Source: a virus
Taxonomy: Duplodnaviria > Caudoviricetes
Strand: one strand, 5' to 3'
Virus record (IMG/VR): IMGVR_UViG_3300022555_000003
Span: 32,001 to 96,000 of that record
Length of the DNA: 64,000 bases
Shown in pieces: positions 39,610 through 49,609 of the stretch (positions are counted from its first letter, which is position 1; every line of letters starts with the position of its first letter). The notes under the pieces are model-generated. The model searched no databases and was not told the origin of the DNA. It worked only from the letters and a program-made list of their open reading frames with translations. A program made the position numbers and the translations under genes.

Positions 39610-41007
39610 ATGGAATACACAAATTCAGTCCAACAGTTATTTTTAGAGTTCATAATTCAAGACCCCGAATTGTTTGTTAGAATCAGCAATATTTATAACC
39701 CAGAAAATTTTAATAAAGGGTTAAGAAAAGTTGCATCTCTAATTAAAGACCATTCTCAAGAACATGATACTCTGCCAGATAAATCACAAATCAAAGCAAT
39801 CACTGGGTTTGACTTACAAGAAATTCCAGATTTAAATTCAGGCCATATTGATTGGTTTATGGATGAGTTTGAAAAATTCACTAAACGGCAAGAACTCGAA
39901 CGTGCTATCTTAAAAGCAGCCGACTTACTTGAAAAAGGTGATTATGGACCAGTTGAAAAATTAATTACAGATGCTGTTCAAATTAGTTTAACAAGAGATC
40001 TTGGTACTGATTATTTCGCTGATCCAAAAGCTAGATTGTTGCAAATTAGAAGTCAAAATGGACAGTTTAGTACTGGTTGGAAACAGTTAGATGAAGCAAT
40101 TTTTGGTGGATTTAATAGAAAAGAATTAGAAGTTATCATGGGAGTAAGTGGGTCTGGCAAATCTCTTGTATTAGGTAATCTAGCTGTAAATTGGATTTTA
40201 GCTAATTTAAATGGTTTTATTATCACTCTAGAATTATCTGAAGAATTATGCGCAATGCGTCTTGATGCCATGATGATCAGTAAATCAACTAAAGAACTAT
40301 ATAAAGATTTAGATGATACTGAACTAAAGATTAAAATGCTTGGTAAAAGATGCGGCCAATTATGTATTAAATATCTTCCTACCCAAAGCACAACTAATGA
40401 TATCAGAGCTTATATTAAAGAAATTCAAATTAAAACTGGAATGAAACCAGATTTTGTCATTGTTGATTATTTAGATTTGATGATGCCATCAACAGCCAAA
40501 ATTAACATGGAAAATGTTTTTATTAAAGATAAAATAGTTTCTGAAGAATTAAGAAATCTTGCAAACGAATTAAATATTGTGATTGTAAGTGCTTCTCAAA
40601 TCGGTCGACAAGGAACCGACGAAGTTGAATTTGGAGTTTCGGACATCAGCGGAGGAGTGAGTAAGATTTTTACTTCCGATAATATTTTAGCAATTTATAC
40701 AAGTAGATCAATGAGAGAACGTGGAAAATATCAACTTCAATTAGTGAAAACTAGAAATTCAACTGGTGTTAATAAGAAAATTGATTTAGATTATGATGTC
40801 AATACTATGCGTATTACAGACAATGGTCCATCTGGAGATGATAATTCTGCAACACCAGCCGCAACTAATATAATGAGCCAAATTAAAAACAAAAGTAGGG
40901 CTATTACTACTGAATCAATCAATAATAATTTGGGAAAAGTCCAAACTGAAGTAAAAGGGAACAAACTAAAAGAAATGTTAGCTGGATTAAAAAAGCATTC
41001 CGATTGA
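39610..41007 (+). CDS. Replicative DNA helicase, DnaB/gp41-like
   Basis: Walker A GVSGSGKS, TLELSE, IVDYLDL, ASQIGR, KTRN; TTGAAA-17-TATAAT promoter upstream. Confidence 0.93.
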   Translation: MEYTNSVQQLFLEFIIQDPELFVRISNIYNPENFNKGLRKVASLIKDHSQEHDTLPDKSQIKAITGFDLQEIPDLNSGHIDWFMDEFEKFTKRQELERAILKAADLLEKGDYGPVEKLITDAVQISLTRDLGTDYFADPKARLLQIRSQNGQFSTGWKQLDEAIFGGFNRKELEVIMGVSGSGKSLVLGNLAVNWILANLNGFIITLELSEELCAMRLDAMMISKSTKELYKDLDDTELKIKMLGKRCGQLCIKYLPTQSTTNDIRAYIKEIQIKTGMKPDFVIVDYLDLMMPSTAKINMENVFIKDKIVSEELRNLANELNIVIVSASQIGRQGTDEVEFGVSDISGGVSKIFTSDNILAIYTSRSMRERGKYQLQLVKTRNSTGVNKKIDLDYDVNTMRITDNGPSGDDNSATPAATNIMSQIKNKSRAITTESINNNLGKVQTEVKGNKLKEMLAGLKKHSD

Positions 41008-41043
41008 TATTTCCCTGTAGATCTGCTATAATTAAAGAGTATA

Positions 41044-41445
41044 ATGCAGATCAAATCAATAGATGGAAACTTATTGAAAACAACTGACTCTAAAACTTTG
41101 GTAAGATCTAATTTGAGTTGGAGTGCGTTGTGCAATGCAAATTTTAAAAATGCAAATTTGAATGGTGCAAATTTAAAAGGATCCAATTTGTTTGGAGCAG
41201 ACTTGAGTGGAGCATCTTTAAAAGGTGCTTGTTTATCTTCTGCAATATTAAACTTTGCAAATTTGGAATGTGCAGATCTTATGAACGCAACTCTGTATAA
41301 TGCAGATTTGCGAAGTTCAAATTTAATTGGAATAAATTTTGAAAATGTAAAAGTAGATTCATTTACACGAATCGATTCAACAACACTACTTGATCAAAAT
41401 CAACTTACATATTTGTTACTCAAAGGAGTTAAATATGCAAATTAA
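41044..41445 (+). CDS. Pentapeptide-repeat protein (family P)
   Basis: Pentapeptide repeats; C-terminal QNQLTYLLLKG. Confidence 0.9.
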   Translation: MQIKSIDGNLLKTTDSKTLVRSNLSWSALCNANFKNANLNGANLKGSNLFGADLSGASLKGACLSSAILNFANLECADLMNATLYNADLRSSNLIGINFENVKVDSFTRIDSTTLLDQNQLTYLLLKGVKYAN

Positions 41446-41656
41446 AAACTTAAAAGGTCAATTAATACAACCAAACAAATATGAAACATTGTCTGGTATA
41501 AATTTGCGTTATTCCGACTTGCATGGTGCAGACTTGCGTGGTGCAAACTTACAAAATATCAAATTAAATAAAGATACTTTCATAAACGAAACAACATTAA
41601 TAGACGCAGAACAGCTTACATATTTAATACTCAAAGGACTCACATATGCAAATTAA
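41435..41656 (+). CDS. Short pentapeptide-repeat protein (family P)
   Basis: Few repeats; EQLTYLILKGL. Confidence 0.8.
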   Translation: MQIKNLKGQLIQPNKYETLSGINLRYSDLHGADLRGANLQNIKLNKDTFINETTLIDAEQLTYLILKGLTYAN

Positions 41657-42086
41657 AAACTTAGAAGGTCAAGTATTAAGTAATGTGTATTCTAAAAAAT
41701 TGTGTTGGTTAGACTTGTGTTATATAAATTTATGTGGTGCTGAATTATCTTGTCAGAATTTACACGATTCGAGATGTAAGAATACAAATTTTAGTTATGC
41801 AAATTTAAGCTTTACTATGTTACATGCTATAGAAGGAGAAGGTGCAAATTTTGCTTATGCAGATCTGCATAATGCAGATTTAAGACTGTCAAATTTGAAA
41901 AAAGCAAACTTTATTAATGCTAACTTATCTAATGCAGATTTACGAAATACAGATTTACGTGGTGCAGATTTTCGTGGTGCTAATTTAGAAAATGTAAAAA
42001 TAGACGCGAACATAAGTATTGATTCTTCAACATTATTTGATGAGGAACAATTAACATACTTAATTTTGAGAGGACTTATATTATGA
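41646..42086 (+). CDS. Pentapeptide-repeat protein (family P)
   Basis: EQLTYLILRGL. Confidence 0.9.
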   Translation: MQIKNLEGQVLSNVYSKKLCWLDLCYINLCGAELSCQNLHDSRCKNTNFSYANLSFTMLHAIEGEGANFAYADLHNADLRLSNLKKANFINANLSNADLRNTDLRGADFRGANLENVKIDANISIDSSTLFDEEQLTYLILRGLIL

Positions 42087-42376
42087 CAGATAGAATATTT
42101 ATTATTATGTGGGATTTGACTGGGTTAGAGTGTGTTGTTGATATAACAGAAGACGAAAAAACTATCGTTTTTGAAACATTACAAGATAAATTTGAATGTT
42201 CTGTCAAGCTAAACCATATGATCGCGATGATGTTGGTGCGTGCAAGAGTAAATTCACATCGCAATTATGAAATATATACATTACAAACATCAAATATTTC
42301 AAAAGAAGATCTAGAAGGATTGTTTGAAGATGAACCTCAAATGATTGTCAACTTAATACGTGAAAAAAATATATAA
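42083..42376 (+). CDS. Hypothetical protein
   Basis: ORF track; MWDLTGLECVVDIT. Confidence 0.7.
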   Translation: MTDRIFIIMWDLTGLECVVDITEDEKTIVFETLQDKFECSVKLNHMIAMMLVRARVNSHRNYEIYTLQTSNISKEDLEGLFEDEPQMIVNLIREKNI

Positions 42377-42425
42377 GAAAGCATCACAAATGGAACAAAA
42401 AATTTTTTAACTAGTTCTGAGGCAA

Positions 42426-42460
42426 GTCCGCATCTCCTTATTAAGGATGCGGTAGTTCAC
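42426..42460 (+). mobile_element. Orphan IS200/IS605 right-end-like hairpin
   Basis: CCGCATCTCCTTATTAAGGATGCGGTAGTTCA resembles the right end of the element at 3682-3712 (…GGGATGCGGTAGTTCA). Confidence 0.65.
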
Positions 42461-42491
42461 TGGATAAATATTGTTTGAGGAGTAACAACCA

Positions 42492-42875
42492 TTGCAAAAT
42501 CTTGACCACAAACATATTCTAGTAACTGCTTCTGTAAAGAATCCACCTAGATCAGAAGAATTCATTATAGATTGGCTTAGACGATTGATAGCAGCAGTTG
42601 ACATGAAAATAGTTTCTGGTCCATACGCTAAATATGTTACAACTGCTGGGAATGAAGGATTGACTGCTATAGTTTCAATTGAAACTTCGCATTCTTCAAT
42701 TCATGTCTGGAGTGAAGAAGAAATTCCATTTATAAAATTTGATTTATACTCTTGTAAAACATTTGATCCTAGTGTTCCACTAAGTTTTATTAATGAATTT
42801 GAGCCACATTCGTTTGAATGGATATTACTTGATCGAAATAGTGGAATTAATGAAATTGCTCGGGGAAAAGGATAA
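42492..42875 (+). CDS. speD: S-adenosylmethionine decarboxylase-family proenzyme
   Basis: GLTAIVSIETSHSSIHVW...FDLYSCK pyruvoyl self-cleavage region; GAGGAG SD, TTG start. Confidence 0.8.
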   Translation: MQNLDHKHILVTASVKNPPRSEEFIIDWLRRLIAAVDMKIVSGPYAKYVTTAGNEGLTAIVSIETSHSSIHVWSEEEIPFIKFDLYSCKTFDPSVPLSFINEFEPHSFEWILLDRNSGINEIARGKG

Positions 42876-42889
42876 ATACTAATAACAAG

Positions 42890-43138
42890 GTGAGTATTTT
42901 GAAGATATCTACGAGAACTATTTTAGAAGAAATAATTTCCGGTTTACCTGAGCACAACAGAAATTTATTAGTTGAATCACGCGGCAATCATATTATTGTT
43001 GGTGCTTTGAATTTCCTCAACAGTGTTAAGGAATCATACGGCGAACAAATTGCTGAAGAAATAGAACGTAGATTATTATCGAGTATTAAAAACAAAGACC
43101 CACAAAAATTCACTAGGGCAACTAAAAAAATTCTTTAA
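42890..43138 (+). CDS. Hypothetical protein
   Basis: ORF track; GATAAATA upstream. Confidence 0.65.
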   Translation: MSILKISTRTILEEIISGLPEHNRNLLVESRGNHIIVGALNFLNSVKESYGEQIAEEIERRLLSSIKNKDPQKFTRATKKIL

Positions 43139-43204
43139 TCACATACTTTTTGAATAGAAAAGATAAATAATAGTATAGCGTAAGCTAAAAGGAGATTTAA
43201 TAAA

Positions 43205-43600
43205 ATGGCTGAAGTAACCCGCGTACACGGTGGTGTTGGTATAGAAGGCGTAATTAATGGTTTAGCTGGTGCACAAGTTGGAGCATCTGTAAAGTTTTTA
43301 CTAGTAACAGTAAAAGAAGTTGGGACAGCCGCTCGCGATCTGCGTCCAGAAATGGCAGCAGGATTGGAGGGCGGTCTTGGACTAGCGGTAGAAGCAATTT
43401 TCCGCGTTTGCCCTCCAATCCTTGCATATTCTGTAGTTGATGATGCATCAGGTGTTATCAATCTAGTTGTTGACGGCCACGCTGTAACATATGATGCAGT
43501 TCAAGCTAATATTCGTGCGTTAGGCACAGTAGTTGGAGCTAATTCAATGGACGTTAGCGGAACAACTGTAGCAGAAGGCACAGTATTCGTAGTTGCGTAA
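43205..43600 (+). CDS. Probable virion protein
   Basis: Late motif plus GGAG SD; A/V/G-rich; terminator follows. Confidence 0.65.
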   Translation: MAEVTRVHGGVGIEGVINGLAGAQVGASVKFLLVTVKEVGTAARDLRPEMAAGLEGGLGLAVEAIFRVCPPILAYSVVDDASGVINLVVDGHAVTYDAVQANIRALGTVVGANSMDVSGTTVAEGTVFVVA

Positions 43601-43617
43601 TATTTAAAGTATAAAAA

Positions 43618-43656
43618 GATAGGACTATCGATATGTAAGTAGATGGTCCTATTTTC
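43618..43656 (+). terminator. Intrinsic terminator
   Basis: ATAGGACTATC...GATGGTCCTAT-TTT. Confidence 0.7.
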
Positions 43657-43699
43657 ATGAGTACCAACTCAGTAAATTATCTTTTGGATAAATACTTAT

Positions 43700-44137
<438 letters not shown>

Positions 44138-44150
44138 GTTATAAATTATT

Positions 44151-44939
44151 ATGTTAACACTTACAGCAACTAATACATTTAGTGGGGTAGCAGGGACCAC
44201 AACAGCTATTACTTATAGCATTTTTGGAATGACATTAAAAGATGGAGTAGAAACCTTTGGTGTTCTTGCACAAGGTCAGCTTAACACGTCAGCAGCAGTA
44301 TTATACACAGTTCCTGCTTCTACTTCTACTTTTATCAAAGAAGTTCATTTAGCTAATACAACAAGTAATAATGTTTCTGGTATAGTTCTTTATATAAATG
44401 GAACTGATTATATTAATCAAATTTCTGGAACTTTTAGTATTCCATCAAACGGTTCAGCAACATTAGATAGTAATGGCCGGCTTGTAGTTTGTGATTCAAA
44501 TGGTAGCACATTACAGTCAATAGCTAGCCAAACAGCAACCAATTTAACTGGAACACCAATACTTCCTAATGGAACTATGGCTGTAACTCAATTAGCTGCT
44601 GATTCTTCGACAAAATTAGCTACCACAGCTTATACTGATGCAGCAGTTACAGCATATAGTGTATCGCATTCTACAATTTATCAAATAACAGTTGATTTTG
44701 GAATAAAACCTATTAAAAGTGGGAATTTTACTATTACTGGTTCTGGATGGACAAAAGGAAAACAAGTATTAGTTGTTATGGCACCAAATAGACAAGGAAG
44801 TTTATTATATGATTCTATAGAGTTTGATCAAATAATTGCTACTGGAATTGTAATAAATAGTACAACAATAGAAGTACATTGGGGGAGCAGAACTTGGGTC
44901 TGCAATCAGTACACATTTAATTATTGGTTAGGAAATTAA
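44151..44939 (+). CDS. Probable virion/fibre protein
   Basis: LYTVPA..., TKLATTAY motif typical of tail-fibre repeats. Confidence 0.55.
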   Translation: MLTLTATNTFSGVAGTTTAITYSIFGMTLKDGVETFGVLAQGQLNTSAAVLYTVPASTSTFIKEVHLANTTSNNVSGIVLYINGTDYINQISGTFSIPSNGSATLDSNGRLVVCDSNGSTLQSIASQTATNLTGTPILPNGTMAVTQLAADSSTKLATTAYTDAAVTAYSVSHSTIYQITVDFGIKPIKSGNFTITGSGWTKGKQVLVVMAPNRQGSLLYDSIEFDQIIATGIVINSTTIEVHWGSRTWVCNQYTFNYWLGN

Positions 44940-44949
44940 GGAAAATAAA

Positions 44950-46440
44950 ATGGCACTTATTGAAAATGGTAATAATGCATCAGGAATTGTTAATGTTGAT
45001 GCAAATTTTGATTTAATGACAACAACACCACAAGTTAACACACGTTATGGTGGTGCAACAGGAACACCAAATTTTGTAGGTGCTTCTAGACTATTTTGTG
45101 AAAATGATCCTGGATTATTAACAGGTATTTCTTTATTGTCTTCACCATATGTAACATATGAAAATAATCTTCAAATTGGATCTTCAACTCCTTTGTTTGA
45201 TTATGAATTCAATGGTACTGCGCAAGACACATCGATGTGGTATTGTGCTTTTTCTACTATGACAATAACACAATCAGGTGGATTTCTTCTTTTAAATGCA
45301 AGTAACATTGGTACAACTGGTTCCGGTGCATATATAACGTCTAGACGATTTTTTAATTTAACAGCTAATGCTGGTTTAAAGTTTGGCACAGTTATTAATA
45401 TTACTCAAGCAGCGGCAGCAAATGAAATTTGGGCTATTGGTTTAGGCACGCCAGCATCAACAACTGCATTGCCAACTGACGGAGTATGGATTCAGTATTC
45501 TAGTGCTGGACTTTTTGGAGTTATAAGTTCAAATGGTGTAATCACACAAACAGGTGCATTACCAGTTGTCAGTCCAATTTCTATTCCTATTAATGCCAAT
45601 AAGTTATTGCAGATTCGAATTAATAATCGTGTAGTACATTTTCTGTATGATGGCAATTTTATAGGTTCTCTGCCAACACCAATTGGACTAGGAATGCCAT
45701 TTATGACTGCTTCTTTGCCGGTATTTGCTCAATATGTAAATACTGGTACTGTTTCTGGCGGAACATTTATGCAATTAAAAATTGGAATGATCGCTGTTGA
45801 TCAGTTTGACTCTCAACTTAGTAAACCATATTCACATATCCAAGCAGGAAAAGGTTTGATGGCATATCAAGGATTACAAGGCGGCACAATGGGATCAAGT
45901 GCTAAAATGCCAAATAATGCTGCACCTGACGCTGGTGCAGCATTAGCAAACGCATCTGCCGCATTTTTAGGTCTAGGTGGTCAATTTTCTTTTCAACCCA
46001 CATTAACATCTGGTTCAGATGGTATTCTTTGTTCTTATGCTAATCCAGTTGGTAGTATTAATCAGACTCCACGTACATTATATATTACTGGAGTTAAAAT
46101 TCAATCAGTAGTAACAATATTGTTTATTGGTGGTCCAGTTATTATGTTTTATTCGCTTGCATTTGGACACACAACAGTTTCTTTAGCACAAACAGAAACA
46201 ACAACATTTGCTACTGCTTCAACAAAAGCCCCTAGACGTATTCCGTTAGGATTAGAATCATTTGTGATTACTTCTCCAATAGGTCAATTATCAGGTACAC
46301 CTCCTGTTACAATGCAATTTACGTCTCCTGTTGTTATTAATCCTGGAGAATTTGTTGCAATTGCAGCAAAAAATATAGGAACAGTAACTTCAGCTGGTGT
46401 TATCACATCTTTAGTTACTTTTGATGGTTATTTTGAATAA
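44950..46440 (+). CDS. Probable virion beta-sandwich/lectin-like protein
   Basis: Composition and context like 38338-39564. Confidence 0.55.
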   Translation: MALIENGNNASGIVNVDANFDLMTTTPQVNTRYGGATGTPNFVGASRLFCENDPGLLTGISLLSSPYVTYENNLQIGSSTPLFDYEFNGTAQDTSMWYCAFSTMTITQSGGFLLLNASNIGTTGSGAYITSRRFFNLTANAGLKFGTVINITQAAAANEIWAIGLGTPASTTALPTDGVWIQYSSAGLFGVISSNGVITQTGALPVVSPISIPINANKLLQIRINNRVVHFLYDGNFIGSLPTPIGLGMPFMTASLPVFAQYVNTGTVSGGTFMQLKIGMIAVDQFDSQLSKPYSHIQAGKGLMAYQGLQGGTMGSSAKMPNNAAPDAGAALANASAAFLGLGGQFSFQPTLTSGSDGILCSYANPVGSINQTPRTLYITGVKIQSVVTILFIGGPVIMFYSLAFGHTTVSLAQTETTTFATASTKAPRRIPLGLESFVITSPIGQLSGTPPVTMQFTSPVVINPGEFVAIAAKNIGTVTSAGVITSLVTFDGYFE

Positions 46441-46455
46441 ATAGTTTGTATTTTG

Positions 46456-46484
46456 ATAGGGTCAAGTTAAAATTGACCCTATCA
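46456..46484 (+). terminator. Stem-loop after structural block
   Basis: GATAGGGTCAA-gttaaaa-TTGACCCTATC. Confidence 0.7.
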
Positions 46485-46506
46485 CATGGCCGGTAAATAT
46501 TATTAG

Positions 46507-46947
46507 ATGTTAGAACAAGATTTTACCTTATACACATTATTTGATATAACCAAAACAGGCATAATAAAAACTTGTAATGCTGACTTTCCTACTTTTGTAG
46601 ATGAAGCAGATCAACTTATACGTAATAAAAGTGAATGGGATAAGAGTAGAAATCAACAACGAAATTGGGAAATAATAATCCAACTGTTAGGATTTAGAGC
46701 ACAGCCAATTATAAAATCTCCTCCAATGAAAATACTAAATTGTGATATTTTTAAATCAAATTTTGGCTTACAAACTGTTTGGAAGTTAGACTTTAGTTCA
46801 GAGCAACCAGGTGTATATTCACTTGACTTATTTATTAATGAATTTGATAATATTCCTATGATTACTAACTTAAATGAAACAACAAATTTTAATAAATCAA
46901 CATTAACAACACATGGAATAGAAAAAAATGTTTTATTTTTAAACTAA
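46507..46947 (+). CDS. Hypothetical protein
   Basis: TLFDIT.TG..., RNQQRNWE motif. Confidence 0.7.
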   Translation: MLEQDFTLYTLFDITKTGIIKTCNADFPTFVDEADQLIRNKSEWDKSRNQQRNWEIIIQLLGFRAQPIIKSPPMKILNCDIFKSNFGLQTVWKLDFSSEQPGVYSLDLFINEFDNIPMITNLNETTNFNKSTLTTHGIEKNVLFLN

Positions 46948-46964
46948 TTTTGATAAATATTTAC

Positions 46965-47228
46965 ATGAGCACCATTACAGAATTAGAAAAAACAAACCTC
47001 GAAGCACACGTTGAAATTAGTGTTGAACGAGAAGAATTAATAAACATGCAATTGCATGATATTAAGATTCAAATGATTGAAACCAATGAAGAAATTAAGC
47101 GAATTAATGCGTTAATAACTGCTATAGTTAATCATAGACAGAATCAACTAATTACATGGGGAGCAGGTATTATTTCTGTTTTGATTAGTGCTGTAGCTTT
47201 TTTAACTTACACATTATTCAAAAAATGA
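46965..47228 (+). CDS. Coiled-coil protein with C-terminal transmembrane helix
   Basis: LEAHVEI...; hydrophobic C-terminus; late motif 13 nt before ATG. Confidence 0.6.
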   Translation: MSTITELEKTNLEAHVEISVEREELINMQLHDIKIQMIETNEEIKRINALITAIVNHRQNQLITWGAGIISVLISAVAFLTYTLFKK

Positions 47229-47263
47229 TAAAGAAGATAAATAATAATATAGGAATATAAAAT

Positions 47264-48298
47264 ATGAACTTATCTGATCTAGAGTCGAGTAATTTGTCAA
47301 ATGATTTGGCTAAAATGTTGAAGAAGCAATTTGATATAACAATGCCAATAGATGACTTGTCTCCAAGCAAGGTTGTAAAATTACATGAAAGTATTCAGAA
47401 TAAGTTAGATAAATTTAGGAATACAAGTAAACTTTACTCGTCTGAACAAGATAAAAATTACATGGCATTACTAGTTATTGAACAAACATTGCGTGCAAAG
47501 TTATCAGAAGGATTAATTACAGACATAGGAAAAGGAATTTCAACAGTGACTGGTGCAATTAAGTCACATGTTCCTGGAGCAAATGTTCAATCACCTGTTC
47601 AACATGGAAGTGCAGTAGGACATGTTAAAAATGCTGCTGGTAAATTTGGACAACAAGTAAGTAGCCTAGCTCAAGCAAGTAAGTATGGTTTCGATAAGGT
47701 TGGTGATAAATCATCTATAAAAGACTTTGAAAAAGATCAAGCAGCTAAAAAAGTTAACTTATCAAAAGAAGATAGAAAACGTATACAACAATCGATAATT
47801 AATAAAGAGAAATTATCACCAGAAGATGAACAAAAATATAAATTATACCAGAAAGAAATTAATATGAAAAAACTTGACCCATCAATTCTAGAAGCAAAAT
47901 ATCGTAGACTTACAGAAAGTAGCATGGCAGATGCAGAAGTAATTCTTGCTGCTAAAGATTTAGTAGATAGAATTCAAGACATGGTTGAAACACTTGGAAA
48001 GATGGTAAACTCAGAGTTACCAGCCATTGGAGAATCAATCAGAGACGTAATGACATCAGAACAATCAGAAGCATATGTTAGTTCTGCAACATCAATAATT
48101 AATTCCGCACTTGAAAATATTCGTAACACAAAAGATGAGCTTGATAAATCAACACAGGTTTTAGCAGGCGAAGAAGCGGCCCCAGATTTAGAAATGGATG
48201 CTAATATGGATATGGACATGGATGATATGGACATAGAAGAACCGATTTTACCAAAGGCGAAGAAGACTACAACACCGTCAATCAGACGAAAAAGATAA
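47264..48298 (+). CDS. Hypothetical helical protein with acidic tail (possibly head/scaffold related)
   Basis: Late motif plus SD; acidic DMDMD tract. Confidence 0.65.
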   Translation: MNLSDLESSNLSNDLAKMLKKQFDITMPIDDLSPSKVVKLHESIQNKLDKFRNTSKLYSSEQDKNYMALLVIEQTLRAKLSEGLITDIGKGISTVTGAIKSHVPGANVQSPVQHGSAVGHVKNAAGKFGQQVSSLAQASKYGFDKVGDKSSIKDFEKDQAAKKVNLSKEDRKRIQQSIINKEKLSPEDEQKYKLYQKEINMKKLDPSILEAKYRRLTESSMADAEVILAAKDLVDRIQDMVETLGKMVNSELPAIGESIRDVMTSEQSEAYVSSATSIINSALENIRNTKDELDKSTQVLAGEEAAPDLEMDANMDMDMDDMDIEEPILPKAKKTTTPSIRRKR

Positions 48299-48299
48299 T

Positions 48300-48355
48300 G
48301 TAGTTCGCGGTGTTATAGCACCCAACTACTCTATTACTGTAAAGGAGTAACAGCA
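48300..48355 (+). promoter_or_regulatory. Structured leader of the HNH gene
   Basis: GTAGTT..GGTG/CACC..AACTAC hairpin, then TTACT-gtaaagg-AGTAA hairpin covering the AAGGAG SD. Confidence 0.55.
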
Positions 48356-48835
48356 ATGATATTTATTGATAACGCATCAACAAAAAGATATTATGAAATA
48401 ATTGAAATGGCAAAATTATTTCCGCATTATGGATATACCGAAAAACATCATATAATACCAAGATCATTTTATAAATCAAAAAATAAAACTGGTTGGTTAG
48501 ATGGTAACCCAAATGACCCAAATGATCCAGATAATCTAGTTGTATTAACTGGCCGAGAACATTTTATATGCCATCAATTATTAACACAAATGTTATCTAA
48601 AGAACACCATGGTTATTATAAAATGTTACATGCATTCTTTGGTATGTGCAGAACAAGTTCTTCTCAAAAGAGTCGATATATCCCAACTCCAGATGAATAT
48701 GAAATAGCTCGCGAATTAAATGTAAAAGCGCAAAAAGCAAAACTTGGACAAAAATATAAACCAATGTCAAATGAGGGAAAGCTAATATGTCAAAAGCACA
48801 CATGGGTAAACGCAGATCTGCTGAGTCTGTATTGA
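48356..48835 (+). CDS. HNH homing endonuclease, N-terminal part
   Basis: YTEKHHIIPRS...DNLV.LT.REHFICHQLL. Confidence 0.85.
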   Translation: MIFIDNASTKRYYEIIEMAKLFPHYGYTEKHHIIPRSFYKSKNKTGWLDGNPNDPNDPDNLVVLTGREHFICHQLLTQMLSKEHHGYYKMLHAFFGMCRTSSSQKSRYIPTPDEYEIARELNVKAQKAKLGQKYKPMSNEGKLICQKHTWVNADLLSLY

Positions 48836-49074
48836 AACAGCAAAAAACAAGACGCGAAAATAATTTTCGATTATCTGCTGAATCTATTGCTAAACGAACG
48901 GCAACCAGAAAATTAAATGATGGTTACAAATATTCTGCTGAAGCAAGAGCTAATATGTCAAAATCTCATATGGGTAAAAAGTTAACACCAGAATCAATAG
49001 CAAAAAGAGAAGCAACCAAAAAATTAAAACGAGAGATAAAAACTAATATATTAAAATCAAAATTGGATAAATAA
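48787..49074 (+). CDS. NUMOD3-like DNA-binding repeats in the -1 frame (C-terminal part of the HNH gene)
   Basis: MSKAHMGK, SAESIAKRTATRK, EARANMSKSHMGKKLTPESIAKR. Confidence 0.75.
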   Translation: MSKAHMGKRRSAESVLKQQKTRRENNFRLSAESIAKRTATRKLNDGYKYSAEARANMSKSHMGKKLTPESIAKREATKKLKREIKTNILKSKLDK

Positions 49075-49091
49075 TATTATAGGAATATAAA

Positions 49092-49571
49092 ATGTTTATT
49101 GTAGATAAAGACATAAGTAGAAAAATTATAATTTTCCTACAAATGTGGAGCCAAAAAGCTGGAAGATCGTCTGGCGGTGGCAAATCACAAATTAATAATA
49201 CCGAGATGAGCACCAAGTTATTTCTTCAAACAATATTAAAGAATATAACTGGTCTAGAATTATCATATTTTCAATTTAGCAAGTACTATGATACTGTTCC
49301 TGAGATTAAGAATCTAATTGGTAAATTAAATCAATCAGTTATACAAGTTAATCTTCCTGGTGAAGAAGATCATCAAGAAGTTGAAATGCCAGAAGAACCT
49401 GGTATAGACCATGAAGAAGAAGATATTACTGCGGAACCAATGGAACCAGAAGAACCTCTTGCAACTCCAACTCCTCCAATGCCACCAACTGAGTTAGGTC
49501 CTGAAGGTCCAAACTATAAAAGTATTGTAGCTAATATGGCTAAACGTGCAAGACAACGAAATACTAAGTGA
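49092..49571 (+). CDS. Hypothetical protein with E/P-rich tail
   Basis: Late motif plus SD. Confidence 0.65.
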   Translation: MFIVDKDISRKIIIFLQMWSQKAGRSSGGGKSQINNTEMSTKLFLQTILKNITGLELSYFQFSKYYDTVPEIKNLIGKLNQSVIQVNLPGEEDHQEVEMPEEPGIDHEEEDITAEPMEPEEPLATPTPPMPPTELGPEGPNYKSIVANMAKRARQRNTK

Positions 49572-49609
49572 CAAATTGCTTATAACCTGCTATACTATTA
49601 CTAGTGTAA

